Both the position numbers and the translations under genes were made by a program. From positions 1 to 32,000 of the forward strand of contig CP010424.1 in the NCBI GenBank assembly GCA_000830275.1: 32,000 bases of DNA, written 5' to 3'. Positions 8,052 to 15,589 of the stretch are shown here, piece by piece. The stretch comes from an archaeon GW2011_AR10. Lineage in GTDB: Archaea > Iainarchaeota > Iainarchaeia > Iainarchaeales > GW2011-AR10. The stretch's first letter is position 1. Each line of letters opens with the position of its first letter. The notes below the pieces were generated by a model, which was not told the origin of the DNA, searched no databases, and was given only the letters and a program-made list of their open reading frames with translations.

Positions 8052-9140
8052 ATGTTTATATTTAGAAATTTAGTTATTCTAGTAGTGGTCATTGTGCCTA
8101 AGAAAAATTTAGAAAGCCTAGATATTGGATATGATATAGTAGTAATTGGTGCAGGGGCGGCTGGTTGTTTTTTGGCAAAAAATATTTCTTCAAATTATAA
8201 GGTGCTTGTTGTAGATTCTAGGTCTTTGCCTAGACATAAGGCATGTAGTGGCATTGTAGTCAGACAGGGGAAGGAACTTTTAGAGCCATTTAGACCGCCT
8301 GAAAGCATTTTTTTAAAGCCTAAAGAGATTCATATTGTCTATTCTGATTGGACACATAAATTAGAAAGGGAGATACAGAAGGGGTTCTGGAATACTGACA
8401 GAGAGAAGCTTGATAAGTGGCTTTATGAACTTGCTTTGAAAAAAGAAAATGTTGATATCATAGACAATGCAAAATTAATCGATTTCAATTATGCTGAAGA
8501 TAAAAAACATATAGTGGTTGTTTTAGAATCAAATGGTGGTGTAAAAAATATTATAAGTAATTATTTAGTTGGATGTGATGGTGCTCTTTCTACAGTGCGA
8601 CAAGTGTTAGGAGTAAAGCCGCCTAAAAGATATGTTGCTATTCAAGAGTTAATAAAGGCTAAGGGCGTTAATAAGGCGTATTTCATTTTTGACGAGGAAA
8701 TAACTGATTGGTATGCTTGGGTAATCCCAAAAGGCGAGGTCATTGATGTTGGTGCGGCTCTAGATCCATTTAAAGCAAGGGAAAAATTCGCTCAGTTTAA
8801 AGAAAAGGTAAAACAAAAGTTTAAAATTTCGGGAAAAGGCTTTTTTGATTCGGCTATGTTAACTCGACCACAATCTGTAAAAGATTTAGTGTTGGGTGAA
8901 AAAAGAGTTTTACTTGCTGGTGAAGCTGCCGGTCTAATAAGCCCTAGCAGTGGTGAAGGGATAAGCTTTGCATTAAGAAGCGCTAAATTTGCTGCAAATG
9001 CTTTTAATAAAAACTTTAAAGATGCATTATCTGAATATAAAAAAGAGGCTAAACCATTAGTTGAAAGACTAAATAATAAATTTTTGAAATCTACTATAAT
9101 AAGTAATAAACAGAAAAGAATTAATCTGATGAGAGAATAG
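8052..9140 (+). CDS. FAD-dependent geranylgeranyl-reductase-family oxidoreductase
   Basis: Contains the GxGxxG motif YDIVVIGAGAAGCFLA, plus GCDGALSTVRQ and LLAGEAAGLISPSSGEGISFALRSA. The start may be internal (GTG near 8094). Confidence 0.8.
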   Translation: MFIFRNLVILVVVIVPKKNLESLDIGYDIVVIGAGAAGCFLAKNISSNYKVLVVDSRSLPRHKACSGIVVRQGKELLEPFRPPESIFLKPKEIHIVYSDWTHKLEREIQKGFWNTDREKLDKWLYELALKKENVDIIDNAKLIDFNYAEDKKHIVVVLESNGGVKNIISNYLVGCDGALSTVRQVLGVKPPKRYVAIQELIKAKGVNKAYFIFDEEITDWYAWVIPKGEVIDVGAALDPFKAREKFAQFKEKVKQKFKISGKGFFDSAMLTRPQSVKDLVLGEKRVLLAGEAAGLISPSSGEGISFALRSAKFAANAFNKNFKDALSEYKKEAKPLVERLNNKFLKSTIISNKQKRINLMRE

Positions 9141-9177
9141 CTTTTCTTACTTGTTTAGGAAAAAACAATTAATCACC

Positions 9178-9462
9178 TTAGTATTCTTTTCTATAATTTT
9201 CGGCCAATTGGTTGTTTTTTGTCACTATAATGCTCATGTTTCCTTTGTATTCTCTCATTAAGTACATGTGTTTTCCCAAGCCAAATTCAACTACTTTTTT
9301 TGGAAGCCTGTTTTGTATTGCCCAGAGTTTTCTAAAAGTACTTGGGTAGGTTATTTCTGCAATGTAATCTCCTAAAATCACTTTATCGTTTAGTGATGGG
9401 GCGCACTTTATTCCAAACATAGTTTCTTTTGCTCCATATGCTTTCAGTGTTTCTCCAAACAT
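9178..9462 (-). CDS. Hypothetical protein
   Basis: 94-aa ORF, AT-rich like its neighbours, convergent with the reductase gene. I recognise no motif in it. Confidence 0.35.
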   Translation of the reverse strand: MFGETLKAYGAKETMFGIKCAPSLNDKVILGDYIAEITYPSTFRKLWAIQNRLPKKVVEFGLGKHMYLMREYKGNMSIIVTKNNQLAENYRKEY

Positions 9463-9489
9463 TTTATTGTCTTATGAATTGCTTGGTAA

Positions 9490-10161
9490 GAAACATTCAA
9501 TCCAAATTTTTTTCCGTTCACGTATCCTGTTGTGGCAGATATAGATGCTGATGGATATAATGAGATTATTGCTGGCTTTAATTCAGGTTTTGTTTATGCT
9601 TTTAATGGTAATGGGCCTGTTGTTTTTGTTAAATTGTTTTTTCCTGATGGTTCTTCTAATGAGGTTAGCAAAACTATTTCGTTGCTTGGTGCTAACAAAA
9701 CTGAATCGTTATTGTTTTCTTTGGGTTCTTCGTTGTATAAGGGCAACCATGCTGTTGAGGTTGCGGTTTTGAGGGATTCTGGTGTTTTGCTGGATTCTGA
9801 GTTAGTGTTTTTTGAGTTTGATGGTGGAGGAACTGTTGATTTATCTCCTACTCAGATTCTTTATGATTCTGGTGATTTGGTTGTTGGGAGAAAAGTTTTT
9901 TTTGATTCTGGTGTAAAGAATTCTGGTTCTCATGGTTCTGGTTTGTTTAATGTTAATTGGTTTGTAGATGGAGTGCAGGAAGGTTATGGTAGTCATCTAG
10001 GGGTTGGCGCTGATACAACTGTTTTGAATGGCAACTCTCAGTTCTCGTGGGTAGCGCAACCTGGCGCGCACACGATTTCTTTTGAAGTGGATGCTGATAA
10101 TCACGTGGTTGAATCCAACGAGCAAAACAACTCTGTTTCTGTTCAAGTAAATGTTTCTTAA
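9490..10161 (+). pseudogene. 5'-truncated surface-protein paralog (partial FG-GAP repeat + CARDB domains)
   Basis: The frame is open from the stop at 9487-9489 and starts mid-repeat (PFTYPVVADIDADGYNEIIAGFNSGFVYAFNGNG, an FG-GAP-like motif). There is no ATG, no signal peptide and no SD. The only candidate start is the GTG at 9532. Confidence 0.65.
9615..10161 (+). repeat. 547-nt direct repeat, copy B
   Basis: See copy A (3007-3553). It has the same length and also ends at a stop codon. Confidence 0.9.
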
Positions 10162-10854
10162 TTAGTTTTTTTTCTTTTGGGTTGCAAAGAACTGTTCTGG
10201 TGTGATTGTGCTGCCCGCGTGGCCGATTTGGATGCCTGAATTCACCACTATTTTTAGGCCCTCTTTTTTTGCGAGCTTGCAGAAAACAAGGTCCTCTCCA
10301 AGGTCTTCTCCTGTTTCAGGGTCAACAACCTGAAACGCTTTGTTTAAGCCATATTTTTCGGTTACCTTTTTTAGGGCAGAAAATTTCATGAGCAGGAAGC
10401 CAAAACCTGCAGCGTCAACTTCAAAAACAGCGTTGAAGGGAACCTCGCTCGGCGTAACAAAACCGTCCTTTGTTTGCTTGTAGCAAACAGGCACAATTGG
10501 GGGGCGCTTTGTAACATAAAAGCCTGACACCAAATCAGCCTTGGTTTTTTTCTGCGTCAAAAAAAGCTTTGCAATGTCCTCAACAGTGAAAACCGAGTCA
10601 GAGTCAACCCAAAGCAAAAAATCAACAGGCTCTTTTTTGTTCCTCTCCAGGACGTCTTCAGCGATTTTTCTGCGTGCAATCTGGAGGTAGGTTCCGCGCA
10701 CGCTGGAGAAACCAAATTTTTCAAAGAGCTTGAATGAACTGCTTAGAGCAACAATGAATGAAGTGAAACTGGCAACTGGAACTGACTCATACAGTGGAGT
10801 GCAGTAAACAACGTGCTTTGCCAGCTTTTCAACTTTTTCAGCTTTCTCAGCCAT
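10162..10854 (-). CDS. GT-A fold glycosyltransferase (family-2-like)
   Basis: 230 aa. Contains the DxD-type motif LLWVDSDSVF, plus AAGFGFLLM and GEDLVFCKLAKKEGLKIVVNSGIQIGH. Its stop codon (10162-10164) directly abuts the stop of the + strand fragment (10159-10161). Confidence 0.7.
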   Translation of the reverse strand: MAEKAEKVEKLAKHVVYCTPLYESVPVASFTSFIVALSSSFKLFEKFGFSSVRGTYLQIARRKIAEDVLERNKKEPVDFLLWVDSDSVFTVEDIAKLFLTQKKTKADLVSGFYVTKRPPIVPVCYKQTKDGFVTPSEVPFNAVFEVDAAGFGFLLMKFSALKKVTEKYGLNKAFQVVDPETGEDLGEDLVFCKLAKKEGLKIVVNSGIQIGHAGSTITPEQFFATQKKKN

Positions 10855-10902
10855 AAGAAAACCTTGCTCTCAAAGGTTTAAAAAAAGAGGCATTGAAATC
10901 AG

Positions 10903-10942
10903 GTAATTCCACTGTTTTAAAACAATGGTCTGGTGGAATTAC
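10903..10942. promoter_or_regulatory. Nested inverted repeat in the divergent glycosyltransferase promoter region
   Basis: GTAATTCCAC (10903-10912) and GTGGAATTAC (10933-10942) are perfect 10-nt inverted arms. They enclose the perfect 12-nt palindrome TGTTTTAAAACA (10913-10924). Confidence 0.5.
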
Positions 10943-10981
10943 TGCTGTCAAAAACCGCTAAAAACGTTATGGTTTTATTCC

Positions 10982-10990
10982 TTTAATATA
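10982..10990 (+). promoter_or_regulatory. TATA-like box for the + strand glycosyltransferase (near-leaderless)
   Basis: TTTAATATA is centred about 31 nt upstream of the ATG at 11017. Confidence 0.4.
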
Positions 10991-11016
10991 CCCTGATTTA
11001 TTGGGCGGTTTTTGAC

Positions 11017-11844
11017 ATGGTTTTTATGGAAAACCAGAAGGTTTCAGCCGAAGGCATTTTTTCGCAAACCGCTTTGCAAAACCAAAGGTTTTACGAGGCC
11101 CACAAAATCAAAGATTTTGCTTGGGTTTCCCAAAAGGTTTTGGTTGGCTGCCCCACATCAGAAAAAAAAGAGTACTGCCTTGAAAAATTTGTGGAAGGGT
11201 TGAAGGGCTTAACATACAAAAACTTTGATGTCTGCTTGGAGGACAACTCAAAAGGAAAAGAGTACTACAAAAAACTTCTTGGAATTGCGCAGCAGTGGAA
11301 CAAGGAAAAATTTCCTTCAAAATTTGAAGTGATTTATTCCGGCTTAACCAGCGAGAAAGCAAGGAAAAGGGTTGTTAACGGCAGAAACAAGTTAAGGAAA
11401 AAACTTTTGGGTGAAGGCTATGATTATTTTTTTTCATTGGAGCAGGATGTCGTTGCTCCAGCAAATGCAATTGAAAAGCTTCTTTCAGATGACAAAAAAA
11501 TTGTTTCAGCTGTTTACCTGAACTTGATGCAGGACAAAAGGGTTAATGTTGTTGCATACAGGTTTGATTCCGAGGAGCATAAAAGGAAGGGGTTGATTTC
11601 CCCGCTTGGCTTGCTGAATATTTTGCCGAGCCAAGTGATGGAGGTTGCTGCAACAGGAGTTGGAGCAATGCTAATCCACCGCTCCGTGCTTGAAAAAATT
11701 TCTTTCCGGTATGAGCCAAAAGAAAAAGCCTATGATGACATTTATTTTGCAAGAGATGCAAGGAATGCCGGCTACAAGATTTTTCTGGATTCCTCGCTTT
11801 TCTGCCAGCACTACTTCAAACCGAGTTTTACAAAATACGATTAA
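11017..11844 (+). CDS. GT-A fold glycosyltransferase (family-2-like)
   Basis: 275 aa. Contains VLVGCPTSEKKEYCLEKFVEGL, FSLEQDVV, GVGAMLIHRSVLEKI and DDIYFARDARNAGYKIFLD. It is divergent from the other GT gene. Confidence 0.7.
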   Translation: MVFMENQKVSAEGIFSQTALQNQRFYEAHKIKDFAWVSQKVLVGCPTSEKKEYCLEKFVEGLKGLTYKNFDVCLEDNSKGKEYYKKLLGIAQQWNKEKFPSKFEVIYSGLTSEKARKRVVNGRNKLRKKLLGEGYDYFFSLEQDVVAPANAIEKLLSDDKKIVSAVYLNLMQDKRVNVVAYRFDSEEHKRKGLISPLGLLNILPSQVMEVAATGVGAMLIHRSVLEKISFRYEPKEKAYDDIYFARDARNAGYKIFLDSSLFCQHYFKPSFTKYD

Positions 11845-11918
11845 AAGCATTAATTTTTGTTTGCTCTACTTCTGTAATGAGCTCGTATATTCTGCCTCTA
11901 TTTTCATCATTTTTCGTC

Positions 11919-12305
11919 TTATGCAGTTACTTTTATTTCATTCAGTCTCTTTGGCTTGAGCTTCACAAGCGGCAGTATGAGGATTTCTTTTGTCACGTTT
12001 GGAACAATGTTTTTTCCTTTTTTTTGCAGTTCAACTATGTGGACTTTTTCCAATAGCTCCAAATCTCTTAAAACCGCACTAAGCTGTCTGCCCGTTAGCT
12101 CGCTTAACTTTGTAGCATTTTTTGGTTTTTTGTTCTGAATCAGTCTAATCAACTCAAGTCTTTTCTTTGTGAAAACCTGTGTCATTTCGTCGTCTGACAG
12201 GCTGAGCAAAACACCCCTCCCAGGGTAATTTCCGGGATTTTCGAATACCCTGTTAAGATAGGCTTTTACTGCATTCCATCTTTCATCAGTCATTTTATAC
12301 GCCAT
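11919..12305 (-). CDS. Winged-HTH DNA-binding protein (antitoxin-like, HVO_A0114/TumA-like)
   Basis: 128 aa. FTKKRLELIRLIQNKKPKNATKLSELTGRQLSAVLRDLELLEKVHIVELQKKGKNIVP is a wHTH pattern. It starts 4 nt downstream of a 109-aa partner gene. Confidence 0.5.
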   Translation of the reverse strand: MAYKMTDERWNAVKAYLNRVFENPGNYPGRGVLLSLSDDEMTQVFTKKRLELIRLIQNKKPKNATKLSELTGRQLSAVLRDLELLEKVHIVELQKKGKNIVPNVTKEILILPLVKLKPKRLNEIKVTA

Positions 12306-12309
12306 TTTT

Positions 12310-12639
12310 TCACCCCATTTTCATTCTATCCAAATAATACTTTTTATATCTCTCAAAATTATCTTTTATCTGGTCTAAATAAAAATTGAAAATGTCATTT
12401 AAATTCTTTCCCATCATTGGAATGGGAATTGGCTCCGGTGTAATCCAGTATCTTTGTTCATGCAAAAATCCATGTGCAGTGTCAACCCTGTAAACTTCAT
12501 AAAAAATTTCTTCAATTTTTGTCCTGTAGTTCAAGGCAAACCCTTCCACTTTATTGCTTTCAATCTTGAGTTTTACATCAAGCAAATCTGTTGGAGTTAA
12601 TGGTATTGAAAACTTTTTCCATTTGACCAAGATAACCAC
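12310..12639 (-). CDS. Small protein, possible toxin partner (TumE/DUF6516-like?)
   Basis: 109 aa with a His-containing core YRVDTAHGFLHEQRYW. It has a two-gene TA-like arrangement with the wHTH gene. The family assignment is tentative. Confidence 0.35.
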   Translation of the reverse strand: MVILVKWKKFSIPLTPTDLLDVKLKIESNKVEGFALNYRTKIEEIFYEVYRVDTAHGFLHEQRYWITPEPIPIPMMGKNLNDIFNFYLDQIKDNFERYKKYYLDRMKMG

Positions 12640-12649
12640 ACATAATACT

Positions 12650-12664
12650 ATACATTAAATGTAT
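12650..12664. promoter_or_regulatory. Palindrome ATACAT-TAA-ATGTAT next to TATA-like ATAATATA upstream of the TA-like operon
   Basis: The palindrome lies 11-25 nt upstream of the start at 12639. It is a candidate autoregulatory operator. Confidence 0.35.
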
Positions 12665-12892
12665 ATTATTGTTTTTAAGCCTTTCTGTCCGAATTTTCGG
12701 ACGCTGTCCAGATTTTTGGGCAGAGTCGAAAAACATGTTTTTCATGACAGAATTAGTTCGTATAAATACTTGGCTAATCAGAAGCTCCACTAGTTCTGAA
12801 AAACTGGCGATAACATCTGCCAAATTTCAAGCTATGACTTCATCATCGCCAATTATACAATATAGAAGATGTATTAATAGCGTTTTTGTTTA

Positions 12893-13540
12893 TTATTTTC
12901 TTCTGGCTTTGAAAGGAGGCCTTTTTCTTGCAGGTGGCGCTTTTTGTGCTGTTTGCCTTCTCAGAAAGAATTTTGCAAATTTGGAGGAATGACTTCTGTC
13001 CCTCGTTGTTCTCCATTTTAAGTATTCTTCAAGAGTAAGCTCAGCCAAAGTTTTGTTTAGCCCTTTTGGTTTGAAAACTAGCCACAGCTCTGAAGTAACA
13101 AACCTTTTCTTAAGGCCTTCAATATTGCCTCTTGGTTCAGTTGCTAATTCGCCTTCGCTTCTTGATTCAAAAAAAATTGGTTTGGGGCTACTTCCATCGT
13201 AATAAACAAGAACGTGTCTAAATTCGCATTTTCTTGATTTTCCTTTTACCTTTGCAAGTATTCCTTGAATGCCTATTTTCTTTAACTCTCTATGTACAAG
13301 GGACCCGGGATAACCACCTAATGCCTCGATGAAAAAACCGCTGTCTTGGGCGATACACGGTTTTTTAAGTTTTTTATAGGCAGCAACCACCTTTTGCCGT
13401 GCTATTTCCCTAATATCTTGAATTGCTGGTTCAGCAATAGCAAAATTTGCCTGAACAACCTCTATTCCCTGTTCTGATAAAGCCCTTTTTACTTGATTGA
13501 ATCTCCCTTTGTTAGTGGTTGCGAAATAAACTTTCTGCAT
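12893..13540 (-). CDS. Non-canonical purine NTP pyrophosphatase (Ham1/ITPase family) with a basic C-terminal tail
   Basis: Contains KVYFATTNKGRFNQ and CIAQDSGFFIEALGGYPG. The ATG at 13540 is preferred over the TTG at 13549. The last ~30 aa are Lys/Arg-rich. Confidence 0.8.
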   Translation of the reverse strand: MQKVYFATTNKGRFNQVKRALSEQGIEVVQANFAIAEPAIQDIREIARQKVVAAYKKLKKPCIAQDSGFFIEALGGYPGSLVHRELKKIGIQGILAKVKGKSRKCEFRHVLVYYDGSSPKPIFFESRSEGELATEPRGNIEGLKKRFVTSELWLVFKPKGLNKTLAELTLEEYLKWRTTRDRSHSSKFAKFFLRRQTAQKAPPARKRPPFKARRK

Positions 13541-13621
13541 ATCATACAACTTCTATATTGTGCTTTTGTTACTTACCTCATCATCGCCTAATGCATTGTA
13601 GTTTAGGATTTAACGACTTGA

Positions 13622-14248
13622 TTAATCAACTACTACGCGAGCATCAACAGCAGTAACGCCTTTCGCTGAAGCAATCAATGGGTTTATGTCTAGTTCCCTG
13701 ATGTTTTTTTCTTTCATTAGGAGCCTGTTCACCTTCAATAAGTCTTTTTCAATTGCTTTTATGTTCACGCCTTTTTTGCTGCGAAACCCAGCCAAAATAG
13801 GGTATGCCTTTATGCCTTGCACCATTTCCCTTGCATCCCTTACAGTAATGGGGCAAACCCTAACAGTGTAATCCTTGAATACCTCTACGAATATGCCGCC
13901 TAAGCCGAACAGGATTGTGGGGCCGAACTGTTCATCGCGCTTTCCTCCAATGATTATTTCCTTGCCCCGCACCATTTTTTGCACTAAAACTCCTTTGAAA
14001 CCCCTCAATTTTCGCATTCTGGCAAAGGCTTTCCTTGCCCCTGCACTGTTTTCAATGTTCAAGGCAACCCCGCCTATATCTGTTTTGTGGCTGATTTTGG
14101 AGGAAATTAGCTTCAATGCCACTGGAAAACCCAGTTCTTCCGCTGCCCTTGCAGCCTCTTCTGCAGTGCCTGCTTGGCGTGAAGGAGCAAATTGTACGCC
14201 GTACTTTTTCACGAGTTTGATGGATTCGGTAAGGCTAAGCAATTTCAT
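13622..14248 (-). CDS. ATP-grasp domain protein, ADP-forming acetyl-CoA synthetase beta-subunit-like
   Basis: 208 aa. Contains FPVALKLISSKISHKTDIGGVALNI, GVLVQKMV, GGKRDEQFGPTILFGLGGIFVEVFKD and RELDINPL. Confidence 0.7.
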   Translation of the reverse strand: MKLLSLTESIKLVKKYGVQFAPSRQAGTAEEAARAAEELGFPVALKLISSKISHKTDIGGVALNIENSAGARKAFARMRKLRGFKGVLVQKMVRGKEIIIGGKRDEQFGPTILFGLGGIFVEVFKDYTVRVCPITVRDAREMVQGIKAYPILAGFRSKKGVNIKAIEKDLLKVNRLLMKEKNIRELDINPLIASAKGVTAVDARVVVD

Positions 14249-14323
14249 TTGTGCACCAGAATTATTGGGAAATGTAGGTATAAAAACCTGTTGTTTGAAT
14301 GAATCCTTAAGAGGTTTTTAGGA

Positions 14324-15589
14324 GTGAAAATCACGTTTTTTGGCTGCGCAGAGGAAGTTGGCCGCGCAGCTTACCTTGTTGATGCAGGCAACGAAAAAAT
14401 CTTGTTGGATTACGGCGTTAAGCTAACGCCGAAAGCAACGGAGTACCCGCTGCCGATTAAAACCAACCTCAATGCGGTAATAATTTCTCACGCGCACATG
14501 GATCATTCAGGAAATTTGCCTCACTTGTTTGTTAACAGCAACCCGCTTTCTTACATGACTCCTCCAACGCTCGACCTTGCGAAAATGCTGTGGTTTGATA
14601 CCTTGAAAATTGCTGGCCTTGAGGCAATTGACGCAAACTTTTCAAAGCAGGAAATCGCGAGGACAGAGCGCTACACTTTTCCTGTCGGCTACAGAAAGAA
14701 AATGAACATAACCGAGAATGTTTCAATGGAGTTCTTTGATGCAGGCCATGTTTCCGGCTCAGCCATAACAAAGCTTGATATCCACCGAGAAAAAACTTTG
14801 GTTTACATGGGTGACTTCAAGAAGGATGAGACAAGACTGCATGAAGGCGCTGACCTCAACACCAAGGGCTGTGATATTCTGATAACTGAGAGCACTTATG
14901 GGGACAGGGAGCATGTTCCAAGAAAAGAAGAGGAAAAGCGTTTTGTGGCGGACGTTCAGGACACTATTGACAGGGGTGGCCACGCGCTGGTTGCTTCTTT
15001 TGCTTTGGGCAGAAGCGCTGAAATAGTGGATATATTAAACGAATACAACTTAAACGCTGAGGTCTATTTTGACGGAATGTGCAGGAAGGCAGCCAGAATC
15101 TATTTGGATTACCCGCAGTACATTAAGAATCCCAGCTTCCTGGAAAAGTCGCTGAAAAAGATTCACTGGATTAACAATATCAGCATGAGAAAAAAGGCAT
15201 TAAAGGAGCCAAGCGTTGTAGTTACAACTTCCGGAATGCTGCAGGGCGGCCCGATTTACGCTTTTTTGCCTGAGCTGTACAAGGACGAGAATTCAAAACT
15301 TTTTTTGACTGGTTTTCAGGTTCATGGAACCCCTGGGAGAATTCTGCTTGAAGAAAACAAAATCAACTTGAACGGCATTGTGGTGGAACCCAAAATGAAG
15401 GTTGAGAGGTACGATTTTTCCAGTCATGCAGGTAAATCCGAGCTGTTGGCGGCAATCAAGAAGCTCAACCCTGAAAAAGTAATCTGCGTTCATGGAGACA
15501 AGCAGGTGATGCCGAAATTCAAGAAGTCAATTGAGGAAGAAGGGTTTGAGGCAATTGTGCCTAGGCTTGGCGAGGAAATAATTGTATGA
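14324..15589 (+). CDS. Metallo-beta-lactamase / beta-CASP ribonuclease (aCPSF2-like, no KH domains)
   Basis: 421 aa. Begins MKITFFGCAEEVGRAAYLV and has the HxHxDH motif ISHAHMDHSGNLP, plus ESTYGD and SSHAGKSEL...VHGD. It uses a GTG start with GAGG about 10 nt upstream. Confidence 0.85.
   Translation: MKITFFGCAEEVGRAAYLVDAGNEKILLDYGVKLTPKATEYPLPIKTNLNAVIISHAHMDHSGNLPHLFVNSNPLSYMTPPTLDLAKMLWFDTLKIAGLEAIDANFSKQEIARTERYTFPVGYRKKMNITENVSMEFFDAGHVSGSAITKLDIHREKTLVYMGDFKKDETRLHEGADLNTKGCDILITESTYGDREHVPRKEEEKRFVADVQDTIDRGGHALVASFALGRSAEIVDILNEYNLNAEVYFDGMCRKAARIYLDYPQYIKNPSFLEKSLKKIHWINNISMRKKALKEPSVVVTTSGMLQGGPIYAFLPELYKDENSKLFLTGFQVHGTPGRILLEENKINLNGIVVEPKMKVERYDFSSHAGKSELLAAIKKLNPEKVICVHGDKQVMPKFKKSIEEEGFEAIVPRLGEEIIV

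Noticed and set aside
9532-10161. Treating the 209-aa ORF as an intact gene starting at the GTG at 9532.
   Set aside because: The frame is open upstream to 9490 and begins in the middle of an FG-GAP-like repeat. It has no signal peptide and no SD. It is interpreted as a truncated paralog; expression of a stump cannot be excluded.
12772-12850. Possible box C/D sRNA on the minus strand: GGCG-ATGATGA ... CTGA-TTAGCC, with GGC/GCC terminal pairing. The 11-mer GGCGATGATGA recurs at 13578-13588 (minus strand).
   Set aside because: 58 nt separate the C box from the D box, and I could find no convincing D'/C' pair at the canonical ~12-nt guide spacing. The second copy has no D box and sits in the ITPase promoter/5' region. 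It deserves a snoscan/Infernal check but is not supportable by eye.
12578-12992. ORFs 12669-12992 (+) and 12578-12823 (-) in or around the 250-nt intergenic region.
   Set aside because: They overlap real genes (the ITPase 3' end and the 5' end of the small TA-like gene) or promoter DNA. Their translations are low-complexity.
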